Source: the human T2T-CHM13v2.0 reference genome, Homo sapiens
Length of the DNA: 64,000 nucleotides
Reading direction: 5' to 3' (one strand)
Assembly (NCBI RefSeq): GCF_009914755.1
Contig: NC_060927.1
The notes below the pieces were generated by a model that did no database searches, was not told the origin of the DNA, and worked only from the letters and a program-made list of their open reading frames with translations. The translations under genes were made by a program, and so were the position numbers. How positions within the stretch are numbered: position 1 is the stretch's first letter; every line of letters starts with the position of its first letter. Below, piece by piece: positions 19,144-37,958 of this stretch.

Positions 19144-21428
19144 TGATATGGTTTGGCTGTGTCCCCACCCAAATCTCATCTTGAATTTCTGTGTGTTGTG
19201 GGATAGACCCAGTGGGAGGTAACTGAATTATGGGGGAAGGTCTTTCCCATGCTGTTCTCATGATAGTGAATAAGTCTCATGAGATCTGATGGTTTTATAA
19301 AGAGGAGCTCCCCTGCACAAGTTCTCTCTCTTTGCCTGCTGCCATCCATGTAAGACGTGACTTGCTCCTCCTTGACTTCCGCCATGACTGTGAGGCCTCC
19401 CCAGCCATGTGGAACTGTAAGTCCATCCAACCTCTTTTTCTGTATAAATCACCCAGTCTCTGGTATGTCTTTATCAGAAGCATGAATATGGACTAATACA
19501 GTAAATTGGTACCGGAAGTGGGGAGCTGCTGAAAAGATACCCAAAAATGTGGAAGTGACTTTGGAACTGGGTAATAGGCAGAGGTTGGAACAGTTTGGAG
19601 GTCTCAGAAGAAGACAGGAAAATGTGGGAAAGTTTGGAACTCCCTAGAGACTTGTTGAATGGCTTTGCCCAAAATGCGGACAGCAATATGGACAATAGTG
19701 TCCAGGCTGAGGCGATCTCAGATGGAATTGAGGAACTTGTTGGGAACTGGAGCAAAGGTGACTCTTGTTAGGTTTTAGCAAAAAGACTGGTGGCATTTTG
19801 CCCCTGCCCTAGAGATCTGTGAAACTTTGAACTTGAGAGAGATGATTTAAGTATCTGGTGAAGAAATTTCTAAGCAGCAAAGCATTCAAGAGGTAACTTG
19901 GGTGTTGTTAAAGGCATTCATTTTTATAAGGGAAGTAGAGCATAAAAGTTCAGAAAATTTGCAGCCTGATGACACAATAGAAAAGAAAACCCCATTTTCT
20001 GAGGAGAAATTCAAGCTGGCTGCAGAAATTTGCATAAGTAACTAGGAGCTGAATGTTAACCCCCAAGACAATGGGGAAAATGTCTCCAGGGCATGCCAGA
20101 AGTCTTCATGGCAGACCCTCTCATCATAGGCCCGGAGGCCTAGCAGAAAAAAGTGGTTTCATGGGCCGGGCCTAGGGTCCCCATGCTGTGTGCAGCTTAG
20201 AGACTTGGTGCCCTGTGTCCCAGGTGCTCCAGCCATGGCTGAAAGGGGTCAACGTAGAGCTCGTCTGTGGCCTCAGAGGCTTCAGGTGCCTCAGGCCTTG
20301 GCAGCTTCCATGTGGTGTTGAGCCTGCTAGTGCACAGAAGTCAAGAATTGGGGTTTGGGAACCTCTGCCTAGATTTCAGAGAATGTAAGGAAACACCTGG
20401 ATGCCCAGGCAGAGGTCTGCTGCAGGAGCAGGGCTGTCATGGAGAACCTCTGCTAGGGCAGTGTGGAGGGGAAATGTGAGGTCAGAGCCCCCACACAGAG
20501 TCCCTACTGGGGTACCACTGAGTAGAGCTGTGAGAAGAGGGCCGCTGTCCTCCAAAACTCAGAATGTTAGATCCACTGACAGCTTGTACCATGTGCCTGC
20601 AAAAGCCGCAGACACTCAATGCCAGCCCGTGAAAGCAGCCAGGAGGGAGGCTGTGCCCTGCAAAGCCACGGGGCGGAGCTGCCCAAGACCATGGGAACCC
20701 ACCTCTTCCATCAGGGTGACCTGGATGTGAGACATGGAGTCAAAGGGGATCATTTTGGAGCTTTGACTGCCCTATTGGATTTCTGACTTGCATGGGGCCT
20801 GTAGCCCTTTTGTTTTGGCCTTTTTCTCCCATTTGGAATGGCTGTATTTATCCAATGCCTGTACCCCCATTATATCTAGGAAGTAGCTAACTTGCTTTTT
20901 ATTTTACAGGCTCATAGGCAGAAGGGACTTGCCTTGTCTCAGATGAGACTTTGGACTGTGGACTTCTGAGTTAATGCTAAAATGCGTTAAGTCTTTGGGG
21001 GACTGTTGGGAAGGCATGATTAGTTTTGAAATGTGAGGAGATGAGATTTGGGAGGGGCCAGAGGCAGAATGATATGGTTTGGCTGTGTCCCCACCCAAAT
21101 CTCATCTTGAATTCCCACATGTTGTAGGAGGGACCCAGTGGGAGGTAACTGAATCATCAGTGCAGGTCTTTCCCATGCTGTTCTTGTGATAGTGAATAAG
21201 TCTCACAAGATCTGATGGTTTTATAAAGAGGAGTTCCCCTGCACAAGTTTTCTCCCTTTGCCTGCTGCCATCCATGTAAGACGTGACTTGCTCCCCTCCT
21301 TGCCTTCCGCCATGATTGTGAGGCCTCTCCATTCATGTGGAACTGTAAGTCCATCCAACCTCTTTTTCTGTATAAATTACCCAGTCTCGGGTATGTCTTT
21401 ATCAGCAGTATGAATATGGACTAATTAT
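19144..21428 (+). mobile_element. Full-length THE1 (THE1A-like) MaLR provirus in intron 5, antisense to OSBPL11
   Basis: Two LTRs starting TGATATGGTTTGGCTGTGTCCCCACCCAAATCTC (19144-19500, 21070-about 21428) around a 1.57-kb THE1 internal region ending in a purine tract. Confidence 0.93.
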
Positions 21429-21660
21429 ATATATATATATTTTTTATGTATACATATATATATTTTATTTATATATATTTATATATTTATATATATATTT
21501 TATATATATAAAATATGTACATATTATAAAGTGTGTGTATATATATACACACACACACACTTTAAAGCAGACTGCAAGATATAAATATAGTAAGATATAT
21601 ATCTATAGTAAGATATATATAGTATATATAGTGTGTGTGTGTGTGTATATATATATAACT
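21426..21660. repeat. (TA)n/(CA)n/(TG)n low-complexity block
   Basis: Directly visible at the 3' end of the THE1 element. Confidence 0.95.
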
Positions 21661-22337
21661 TGCAGTCTGCTTTAAAACAAAGTATATAATTATAGCATAA
21701 ATGTTAAAAGTTGGTAATGGCTGTCTCCAAAACAAATTAGCTAATCAAATATATTCAAAGAAATGGAAAAGTGATTTGTGAAACTGTTTTAGTGATGGTT
21801 CCTTGATACTATAAAACCAGTTCCTTTTAAAAAAAAAAGAAAACTTCAAGAAAGCTGAAAACTTGGTGAACCTGTGTTTTGTAGCTAGAAATGGCAATTG
21901 TAGTGATAGGAGTATATCACTCAGGTGGCATATAATTTGTCTGAAAACCAAATTAGAATCGTGATTTTAATCACTTGTGTTTTAAGTTTCTGTCTCACTT
22001 ACTAGAATGGTCATTTGAGTTACTCACAGGGCATGGCATAGTACCAGCATGAAGCATGGACTGAAAAGGAAGGGAACTGATAAGTAGTACTAATAAGAAA
22101 GAGTAAATAGGAAACAGATGATTTTAATAAAGTAAAGCTTTTGTAATAAATTCATTTTCAAGGACAGTATGATACTACTCACAAGAGTTAGCTGCTTTTA
22201 GGCCAGGTGCGGTGGCTCACGCCTGTAATCCCAGCACTTTGGGAGGCCGAGGCGGGTGGATCACCTGAGGTCAAGGGTTCAAAACCATCCTGGCCAACAT
22301 GGAGAAACCCCATCTCTACTAAAAAAATACAAAATTA

Positions 22338-22490
<153 letters not shown>

Positions 22491-22652
22491 TCAAAAAAAA
22501 AAAAAAAAAAAAAAAAGGAGTTAACTGCTTTTACAAACTGCTACCTAATCTAACACTAAACTTACCCATAGATTTGATTAAAATGTTCGTTTCAAACTCA
22601 CACCAATTTATATCTTTGCATCACAACCTCCTGGAACTGGATAATTCTAGAA

Positions 22653-23785
22653 CAGTAATTCTCAAAGTGTGCTCTGCAGAGACCCCTGTGAGACTCCTTT
22701 CAGAGAGTCTGTGAAGTCAAACTATTTTTATAAGAATTCAAAGAAGTTATTTGCCTTTTTCACTGTGGTGACATCTGCATTAATGGCGTAAAAGCAATGG
22801 TGGGTAGAACTTCTGGAATGATAGTGAAAAGGCAGTGACACCAAACCCACTAGTGGTCACTGTATTCTTTACCTGCCATGAACTCACAGGAAAAAAAAAA
22901 AAAAGCCAATTTACTGAAGAATGTCCTTGTAAAGCAGTAAAAATCATTAAATTTACTACATCTTGACTCAACTACACATTTAAAAAATTCTCTATATAAA
23001 AAGTGGGAAGTACATATAAAGCACTTCTGTTGCATACCAATACACAGAGGTTGCCTAGAGAAAAAGCACTTCTGTGACTGACTTGTAAGCTGATTAGCAG
23101 TTTTTTTTTTTTTTTTTTCCTGTGGACTACTATTCAGATGTGAAAGAATGACAGAAAGAAACTATGGAGATTCAGGTTTGGGGAATGAGGTAGACATTTT
23201 CTCAAGATTGAATAAAATGAGGTTATCAATTAAAAAAAGACAGTATTTGTTACCAATTACAAAATTTGAGCTTTAAAATGAAAATCAGAATTTTGGACAA
23301 CCATCTGGTATATCTGACAGCTTCCCAATACTTTTCTGATGACACTGGGGATGTTAATAAATATGAATTTTACTCACTGTATAATAATAAAATGGATCAA
23401 TATTTGCAAGATATGCATAACTCTGTAAACTAATATCTCCAAAATGACTAATGCATGCCTGCACAGTGTTACAAAATCATGGATAGGTTAAAGATCCATT
23501 CAAAGTGCAGGACAGACCAATGGATTTTCATGTAACAAAATACAAAAAGTTCACCGATATATATTAGATTCCACACGGCATCTAACATTTAAGAAACTAT
23601 CAGTTGTCAAGTTTTGGTATAGTAACAAAGAATAGCCACAATTATCTAAAAAGGCTATTACATGTTCCTCTTTTTTCCAAACACATTATCTGTGAATGGC
23701 CAAATTTTCATCCTGTAGTTCAACTAAAACAACATACTACAGTAGATTGAATACAGAAACGGATATGAGAATTCCGTTGTGTTCT
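22653..23785. mobile_element. Charlie1-type hAT DNA transposon remnant
   Basis: CAGTAATTCTCAAAGTGTG terminus followed by GTCAAAACTATTTT and AAAAGCAATGGTGGGTA internal motifs; other end missing. Confidence 0.8.
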
Positions 23786-23930
23786 GTAATATATATATTC
23801 TATATGTTCTATACATATATTTGGAACTTAATATTTAGAACTTAACAAACTGCGTGTTTTATTAACTAGAATTATTTGGTACACAGTTTAAAAGAAATGG
23901 TGATATAAGGCAACATCAAAGATTTAATGA

Positions 23931-24568
<638 letters not shown>

Positions 24569-24808
24569 TGAGAATTGAAAGATACACACTTTTGAAAAAT
24601 GACCATGTACCTAGTACGTGACAGACATGAGGAAACTTAGGACACTATATATTAAGGGAATGTTTACGACTTAAAAATTATCTCAGCATACTAGATAGGA
24701 AACAATGAAGGCCCTTGAAGACACAAACAGTATTTAAGTTTTTTTGTGACAAAACCAAGCAGGTAAAATCATTTTGTGCATTTTAACTTGACTTTAATTC
24801 ATACTTAC

Positions 24809-24985
24809 TTCTCTGACTTCCACAAGATGGTCTGGAGGTAAATTAGTTCTTTTGCTCAGTGATTGCAGTTTGGAATGTCCAACATTAAAAAAAGAAATGG
24901 CATTTTGACTTGGTCTCCTCTGCGATATAGGAGAATTACTACTAGATGCAAGTGAGAAGCTCCGTGACTTCAGAGGAGGATTATT
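24809..24985 (-). CDS. OSBPL11: OSBPL11 exon 5 (177 nt): NNPPLKSRSFSLASS...PPDHLVEVRE, Ser-rich linker
   Basis: Acceptor tctaacag|A, donor GAA|GTAAGT; open frame, phase 0-0. Confidence 0.93.
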
Positions 24986-25300
24986 CTGTTAGACAAAGAA
25001 AATCATTCCTTTTGTTTTCTTCTTTAATTTAGGATTTCTAACCATCAAACTACCATACACTTAAGATTTACACATGAGCAGCGTTTAAAATTAAATTAAC
25101 TTCAGAATTGACTATGAGAACATTTCCAAAGATAAAAATCTGAGATACTCAAAGTTTAAGCATTTTACATATCCCAAAGGAAACTGGTAATTTATTTAGA
25201 AAATTATTTTCCAGCTTTGTGCTGTCAAAAAATATTCTTTCACATTTTATAAATATTAGAATAACAAAGTTTCTAATTTCAGATTTTTTAAACACCATGA

Positions 25301-25522
<222 letters not shown>

Positions 25523-25964
25523 TGAACTCCTGATCTCAGGTGATCTGCCCACCTCAGCTTCCCGAAGTGCTGGGATTATAGGCATGAGCCACTGCGCCCG
25601 GCCTTAAACACCATGATTAACACAGAAAATGCACTCAGCAATATAATACATTTCCTAATGTAACATGCCAAGTATCCTTTGATACAAACTAGTACTTTCT
25701 CACTGACAATGACTAGAACCTTGCAGTATGAGAAAAGCCATTGTGTTGGATTTCCTGAAGACTAGGTTTTAGGCCGAAATTACAAACAGTTTTTAAAAAT
25801 TCACTTCTGGGGGAAACCACCAGGAAGAACGATTAAAAAAAAAATAGTAAAAGCCAAGTTATCACCTAGGTACGAAATCCTTTAAATATGCTGCCCATAT
25901 ATTAATTTTTAGACATCTCTAACCTCAGATTTCAAGTAATGAGACTCTCCTTTCACCTTGAAAA

Positions 25965-27539
<1,575 letters not shown>

Positions 27540-27578
27540 TCATTTTTGTATATTAATATTGTATATAAATCTACATAC

Positions 27579-27658
27579 CTTTCCAATAGCTTCAGTATGA
27601 TGCTGTGTACATATCTGAAGTCTGCTAACCCAGTGCTGTCGCTCTTTTGCATCTGTAG
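27579..27658 (-). CDS. OSBPL11: OSBPL11 exon 4 (80 nt): (A)TDAKERQHWVSRLQICTQHHTEAIGK, PH C-terminal helix
   Basis: Acceptor ttttaacag|C, donor AAG|GTATGT; phase 1-0; conserved PH tryptophan. Confidence 0.95.
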
Positions 27659-28483
27659 CTGTTAAAAGAATGTAAAAATTATTTTATATTTATTTATTCT
27701 GGAACACAATTAATTGCCTACAGTATGAAGATCAGATCACTGAAAAGCAGATACTGGTCTTACTCTCACTAGAGCAAACTTCCCTGACTGGAGGGAGGCA
27801 GGAAAGAGGCCAAAGCACCAACGTTGTTAGGGAACACAGTAGCTGGATGTAGTTACTTCATTAAAAGGAGAAATTACATGCAGTGAGGTGAGGATGAGAG
27901 ACTGACATGTTGCAACTCATAAAAATAGGTTCTTATTTAAAGAAATAACCCCTTAATTATTTGATGTATAATCAATACTTTCAGATCTGCAGGAGCACGC
28001 TCACTTAGGATTACCATTATACTTTGTGTATTCATTAAATAAAAAACTTCTACACAAATTAAATTTATCTTAACAGAAGTTATACGTTATTTTAATGAAT
28101 GACATTATAATAAATCCCAATAATGTACATTAGTTACTGAAAACTGCAAAAAGGGCACGTAAACTAAACCAAGTAAAGGGGTGAAATACATAAAAAATAT
28201 CATTTAAAGTCTATGTTTCTAGATTTTCAGTAATCAGAGTTTCACCTACACCGTTTTTCAGAGGGGCCAGTCCTAAACAAACATACATTGTCCCACTTGA
28301 AAACAGTTACTTATTACAAAAGATTTCATAAATTCTCAAAGCAGTTCCAAGGTTCAGAATATTGTATTTACATCACTGATGACAGCAGTTTCTATTTCCA
28401 AAGCCCATATGAAAGCATGTAAGACACCAACTTCTCAAAAAAAGAGGAAAATCACAGTATTAATTCTCATATTTTGGTCATAC

Positions 28484-28659
28484 CTCTGAGTTTATATTGT
28501 TCCCCACTGGCAGCGTTTACAGTGAAGGTGTGAGAATCCTCATCACTGGGTGATATTACAGCTCCTGCAAGCTGCAAAGTTCCTCTAGGTTTCTGATTTC
28601 TAGACTGTTCATTCACAAAGTACTCCAACAGCCCAGCTTCATTGTTTAAAACAAAAAAC
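28484..28659 (-). CDS. OSBPL11: OSBPL11 exon 3 (176 nt): (R)[14 protein letters not shown]...GEQYKLR, PH domain
   Basis: ORF 28467..28724; acceptor cattacag|G, donor G|GTATGA; phase 2-1. Confidence 0.96.
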
Positions 28660-28835
28660 CTGTAATGATTTTTTAAAATCCATAATTTGTAAACATTTTC
28701 CCTCAGCAAACTAAAGCAAAGCAAACTTCAATCACTTACACATTTCAGGGTTTTGCTCTTAAAAATAAAATTTAAAAGCATTTCAAGAGGTACCTGGAAA
28801 CACTACACTGAATTTTCCAGCAGGGAAGATTACTA

Positions 28836-29231
<396 letters not shown>

Positions 29232-29714
29232 TTAATGCACAAAAGGAAGCAAAGATACCATATCCTTTCAGAGACAGATTTTTCCCCAGAATTCATTAAC
29301 AGAGGGTAAACTGCCAAAGGACAAATGGTAGTGAAAATTTTTCTTTAAAATTCACCGGAAATAAATCAAAATATGAGCTCTGAGGTTAAGGCAAGATATA
29401 CTAGGCAAGATATGCATTGTGATTTAAGAATTAGTGAAATATACAACAAGAATAACAGGGTAAAAAAGATTTTGTGAATGAATCATTAAATAAGTCAAAA
29501 CTAAAGATTACTTCTCCTGTTTAAAAATGAAAAAGCTGCAATTGGAGATGCTGAAACATAAGGACCTTGAAACTAAATGATGAAATGCTGATACACTCTG
29601 GAAAAGAATTTGATGAAATACTAATACACTTTGGAAAAAAAAATTCTGATTTGGTTCTAGATTAACTACTTTCAAAAATACATTTCAGAAATTCCAATTT
29701 AAGTAGTGTAATAA

Positions 29715-29873
<159 letters not shown>

Positions 29874-29997
29874 TAATTTTTGTATTTTTCGTAGAGATGG
29901 AGTTTTGCCATGTTGGCCAGACTGATCTCAAACTCCTGAACTCAGGCGATCCTCCCGCCTCGGCCTCCCAAAGCGCTTGGATTACAGGTGTGAGTCA

Positions 29998-30600
<603 letters not shown>

Positions 30601-30607
30601 TTAATTA

Positions 30608-30844
<237 letters not shown>

Positions 30845-31528
30845 TCAGGAGGCTGAGACAGAAGAATCACTTGAACCCCGGAGGCAGAGGTTACAGTGAG
30901 CCGAGATCATGCCATTGCACTCCAGCTGGGTGACAGAGCGAGACTCCGTCTCAAAAAAAAAAAAAAAATTCATGTTTGGGTTTGGAGAAGTCTGGCATTC
31001 TACGTTAGCCTGTTCTATAATAGAACTTGGTAGACAATTTGATCCCGTTTAATATGCCTGCCCCACAACTACAATTCTATAAAGTATTTGAGATAGCTGG
31101 TTTTCCTGCTTCCTGACAGCTTGTGTGACCCTTGGCTGGTTACTTAACCTCTTCAAGATCCCAGAGAAGCTGTGAATCTGGCATAAGATGGGAACCTAAC
31201 ACAAATGTGTTTGCTGTCTCCAAACCCCTATTTCTCTTCCCCTAAGAACCTAACTTCTGCAAGTATACAATGCCCAAGCCAGGTAACAAGTGATTCTAAT
31301 CCTCATTTAATAGTAACATCTGAGGCATTTAGAGGCTGCTACTTGGACAGATGTCAACTTTTCCCACCCTCTAAGAAGAAGTCACCAAACTTTTAGAAGC
31401 TGTGGGAAATCCTTCTCTAAAAGGTTTCCCAGCCATGTCTGTCTAAAGTAATATCAAAATATAAAATTATTGGGCCCTATTCCTGGTCTCTTAGGAGAGA
31501 CTGATGTGACACAAATAATCACACTTAC

Positions 31529-31597
31529 CTGTACTGCCACCCAGTGACAAGGTTGGTATACTTCATTAAATAGCCATACACATTTTCCATGTGATCA
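31529..31597 (-). CDS. OSBPL11: OSBPL11 exon 2 (69 nt): (S)DHMENVYGYLMKYTNLVTGWQY, start of PH domain
   Basis: Acceptor ttttgaaatag|T, donor AG|GTAAGT; phase 2-2 keeps the frame; PH beta1-beta2 motif typical of ORP9/10/11; not in the ORF track, translated by hand. Confidence 0.95.
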
Positions 31598-31907
31598 CTA
31601 TTTCAAAATGAAAAAGCCAAAGTTAGTAAAAATTAGAAGAAATCCCAGGAGGATAATGGTACAATTTTCAAAATAGCTGCAGATACATATATGCTCTATA
31701 AATGCCTCAAATTTTATTGAGAAGTAAAATGTATAGGTCAACAGAGGCATTTAATCTCCCAAATTTCATATCTATAGGACTTCATCAATTTCCTCAAAAC
31801 AAGTACAATACCTCATAAATTATATATTATTATAAATATTCCAAATGTAAAATCATTATACAAATATAAAATTACATAAACATAAAACAAATATACTATA
31901 AGTATTA

Positions 31908-32051
<144 letters not shown>

Positions 32052-32054
32052 TCA

Positions 32055-32240
<186 letters not shown>

Positions 32241-32815
32241 TCACACATGTAATCCCAACACTTTGGGAGATCAAGATAGGGGGATCACTTGAGCCCAGGA
32301 GTTTGAAACCAGACTGGGCAACATAATGAGACACTGTCTCTCTTTATTAAATACGTAAAATAAATAAATAAGAATAATAAATAAAGCCCACAACTAGAGG
32401 AAAGAATTCTTCTGTAGAAATACAGCCACTTGGGTTTCTGCTAGAGTTCTTATACTTCCGGCCCAGGTCGCAATCAAGTTGTTTATTTCAGTTATTTTGA
32501 GATACATTGCTTAGAAAAGCAGAGAGCTATATTTTTTGTTTGGCTCCCCTATCTTCCCCAGGCTTCAGGCTTAAGCAGCTCTTTGAGGCCATAGAAAACC
32601 CAATGCCCCAGACTCTGTCTCAAAAAAATTCCCTAAAGAGCTCCTCCTCTGTTTTAGGTACTTAGTACACAGCTCAGCTTCCCGAAAAACTTATTCTTGG
32701 CCGGGCATGGCAGCTCACGCCTGTAATCCCAGCACTTTTGGAGGCCGGGGCAGGTGGATCACCTAAGGTCAGGAGTTCGAGACCAGCCTGGCCAACATGG
32801 TGAAACCCCATCTCA

Positions 32816-32977
<162 letters not shown>

Positions 32978-33762
32978 TCATAAACAAAAACAAAAATAAA
33001 AAAACAGAAAAACTTACTCTTTCTCCATTCTGTCCAGTTGCTCCATAATCTGAATATTTGCTTACATTCTGCATCAATCCATAAGAGGTTTGAGGTAGTA
33101 TACAACCTAAATATTTTCTCAAAGTGCCAAGATATTTCATAATTCGCCATTTTGGGAACTACTCTTTAATCTCGGTTCTCTACACCAAGCTTTCATTACT
33201 ACATAAATGTCAAGTCATAGCCATTAGCATATAATAAAAAATATCACAACTGAGTTACAGTTCAATTCCTCTGGCTTTAAGACTGTATGTATTCTTCAAA
33301 TGTATGTGAACTATGGGGCAAAACCTTCTTAAAACCTTATATATACTTACCTATACCTGAGAAAAACAAAATTTTTATTTCAAAGCAATAAACAAAATAC
33401 ATCATCTTTATTTAGTCACTACTCTCATATTACTGAAGGTACTCCCCATTTTGGTCATATCTAATTATCTATATCACTCATTTAACAGCTCAAGTGACCC
33501 TCCTACCTCAGCATCTGAGTAGCTGCAACTATAGGAACGTACAACCATGCCCAGTTAATTTTTAATTATTTTTGTGGGGATGGGGGGGTCTCACTATGTT
33601 GCCCAGGCTGCTCTCAAACTCCTGGGCTCAAGCGATCTTTCCACTTTGGCTTCCTAAAGTGTTGGGATTACAGGCATGAGCCACAAATTTTTTAAAGTGT
33701 ACAATTTCAGTAACATCAATCGCTAAAAAGATCCCACGTGTATGTCTTTTTTTTATTTTTAA

Positions 33763-33978
<216 letters not shown>

Positions 33979-34425
33979 TAGCCTCAAGTGATCAGCCTGC
34001 CTCAGCCTCCCAAAGTGCTGGGATTATAGGTATGAGCCACTGTACCTGGCTCTAAGTGTATCTTCATATTTCACATCATAGTAATGTTCTGTTTAATTTT
34101 CTAATGTTATTAATATTTTGCTGATTCATATATCTAAAGAGTTAGCTTTCTGAAAAAAAAAACAAAACAAAACTATAAGGATATTGACATGGTTTATTTG
34201 GTAGTAGCATAAAGTTAGTTTCAAAAGAGGCAGAAATTGAAGTAAGTAAACTGCTGGCTTATTTTTATTATATAAAACAGCTGTCTCCAGGTTACAAAGA
34301 ACCAACTTGAAAACATCCTATTCTTTGGAACAGCTGGTTGCAATGTCCCTCCCTCATTCTTCCCCTTTTCCATGTATCCCAAGAAATAGCCACTATCGAA
34401 GGCAACCAGCTGGTGTGGAACAACT

Positions 34426-34442
34426 GTGCCATCTGGTGGTCA
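34426..34442 (-). promoter_or_regulatory. Candidate CTCF core site in intron 1
   Basis: Minus strand TGACCACCAGATGGCAC matches CCASYAGRKGGCRC. Confidence 0.6.
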
Positions 34443-34571
34443 GCATAAAAAGTGCTCTGTGACTGAACATCTGATTCACACTTTCTTTTCTTCTACTGTC
34501 TTATAATTGAGTTACTACACAGTATCTCTAACTCTCATGCTTTATTCCTATCTAAAATGTGTGAATTTTCA

Positions 34572-34691
<120 letters not shown>

Positions 34692-36403
34692 CTAAAAACA
34701 GTAAATAAAATAAAATGTGCAAATTTTTATAGAATATTTTTAATGTGTGTCTGTTAATATTAATAAAATCTAGCTACTGAAGTGGGAACATACCACATAT
34801 CTGATTATATTATACTATTTTGTGTTCTATAAAATAGAAGTGATGGTCCAAAACAGACTAATACACTAAAAAATAAGCTATGATAAAGTTAATTTCTTCT
34901 TCAGTCCTCCAAAAACTTCACTGCTCAAGAAACTGGGTATATTTCTAATCTTTTAAACTTGTTAACATTTAATTGGGATTAGTAGTGGAAGCTGATAGTC
35001 TATAAAAATAACTGATTAAACTGTGCTAAGTGGCTTTATTATATTGTGTTTAGTTTGATACTCATTTTCTCTTAAATATCTTAAAAATAACTGCTTCAAT
35101 TCTTTAATCTCCATTACTATAACATACATATTTCTTTTTTTTTTTTTTGAGATGGAGTCTCGCTCTGTCACCCAGGCTGGAGAGCAGTGGTGCAATCTTG
35201 GCTCACTACAACCTCCGCCTGCTGTGTTCAAGTGATTCTCCTGCCTCAGCCTCCCGAGTAGCTGGGAGTACAGGTGCGTGTGTGCCACCATGCCTGGCTA
35301 CTTTTTCTATTTGTAGTAGAGACGGGGTTTCATCATGTTGGTCAGGCTGGTCTCGAACTCCTGACCTCGTGATCCGCCTGCCTCGGCTTCCCAAAGTGCT
35401 GGGATTATAGGCGTGAGCCACCGTGCCCGGCAATATACTTATTTCTCAACCTTTCTTTATCAGACTTAAGATAGATAAAAGTTTTTAAAATTAAGCTACC
35501 TTTTAAACAGTTTCAAATCCTTTCAACTCAAAACAATTACTCAATACCTACTAAAGCACAGCACTCTGAAAAACCATTGAAAAGCATAAGAAAATCAAAA
35601 AGGCAATAACTAATAACTCTCCATCTCAAATCTATAATCTAATCTAAGAGAAATATATCTCCTTGAAGAAAAAGGCAGTAACATGGGTTCCTGCTACTGG
35701 AAAAGACACACAATGGGACTACATTTGCAGCTGCCATACAAATAAAAAAGGCATTAAACAAATACAGAGGATTCAGTAGTGAGTGAGAAGGCTGAAATGA
35801 CTAGATTTGATGACTGATTAGATGTGAAGTGAGACAGAAAGAATGAAAGTGAGAGAGAAAGGACAAGAGCAACACTCAGATTTCCAGCTGGAACAACTGG
35901 GTGGATAACTAATGCCTTCACTGAGATAGGGATCGCAGAGAAATTTTGGATTTGTTCCAACTTAAGATGTTAAATTTAATGAACCTGCAGGACTATACAG
36001 GGAGATATCCAGTAAGGCAGCATGATTAGGGCTTGGTAGTCATCAGCATATAAGCATATAACTGGTATTTGAAGTTACAGCAGTAAATAAGGTCACTCAG
36101 GAAGTATTACGAAATGGCAAGAGATGGGCAGGGTCTAAGAGAGATCTCTAAGGAAAAGTTTTAAGGGCAAGGGGAATACAGAGAAGAAATCAGGAACAAC
36201 TGAGTAGTGGGAAGAAAACTAGGAGTATGGAAAGACAGAAACCAGAGAAAGTGTTTCAAGATAAGTCTGTGGTCAAGAATATTCAGTGGGCAGGTGCCTT
36301 CACTCACACCTGTAATCCCAGCACTTTGGGAGGATCACTTGAGCCAGGAGTTTGAGACCAGCCTGGGCATCACAGTGAGATCCTGTCTCTACAAAAAAAA
36401 TTA

Positions 36404-36646
<243 letters not shown>

Positions 36647-37820
36647 CTAGCCAACATGGTAAAACCCTATCTCTACTAAAAATACAAAAATTAGCTGGGC
36701 GTGGTGGTGCATGCCTGTAGTCCCAGCTACTTGGGAGGCTGAGGCAGGAGAATTGCTTGAAACTGGGAGGCGGAGGTTTCACTGAGCCAAGATCCTGCCA
36801 CTGTACTCCAGGCTGGGCGTCAGAGTAAGACCCTGTCTCAAAAAAAAAAAAAAAAAAAAAGAGAAGTTCAGTGCTACTGATAAAGTAAGATATGACAAAG
36901 ACTGAGAAGACTCATTAGACTTAAAACCCAGAGATAACAGTTTAATGGAATGATGAGGGCAGTCAGCTGGAAGTAACATCAGAGGTTGACGATAATGTCA
37001 AGAGGTTCTCCAGCTTGTAGACAACTGAGCTATGGGATTTCTCAGGCTCCACAGTCATATGAGCCAATTCCTCATAATCTCTCTCTATATATATCTACCT
37101 ATTGGTTCTATTTTCCTGGAAAAGCCAAATAGCGATACCTTAAGGTATTTAACTACAGGCAGGAATCCAAGTTGTAGTCAGTAAATATGAGGTACCAGGC
37201 AAGTCACATGTCAAAATCCATACTTTCAACTAGGCAAAAAGTATCCTCCCAAAAGGCTTAGCACTTTGGTCCATTCTCTGGATAAGAAATAGCATGAAGC
37301 GGGGAGTGGCTTGCTTAGCTGAGGAAAAGGCCAATGACATTAAGAGATATTCCTCGCAACAGCTAGTGTGTAGCCTGGGATATAATGTTTATTTGCTGAA
37401 TGAATTAAGCAATGGGAAGAAAGAAACAGAATTTTTCTATGAAGCCATGAGGCAATTCTCAGTAACCTGCCCACCTCCTCCCCAAAAAATTCAACTCGCA
37501 GACTGTATACTCAAAATCGCAAACAAAATAAAGTCTAACTGTATTTTAATCTATGACAAAAAGTATAAAGTCAAGAGAGGGGTCCTCCCTCCTGCCAAGA
37601 GTCTTAAAAATGTTAGCACTCTTTGGCCCTAGAATTTCACTTTTAGGTATCCCATCTATGACAAATGATTAGAAATGTAGACAAAGCCGGGTGCGGTGGC
37701 TCACGCCTGTAATCCCAGTACTTTAAGAGGCCTAGGCAGGCAGATCGCCTGAGGTCAGGAGTTCGAAATCAGCCTGGCCAACATGGTGGAACCCCGTCTC
37801 TACCAAAAATATAAGAATTA

Positions 37821-37958
<138 letters not shown>

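Noticed and set aside
20188-20730. ORFs in the THE1 internal region
   Set aside because: Short, frameshifted fragments of the MaLR internal sequence
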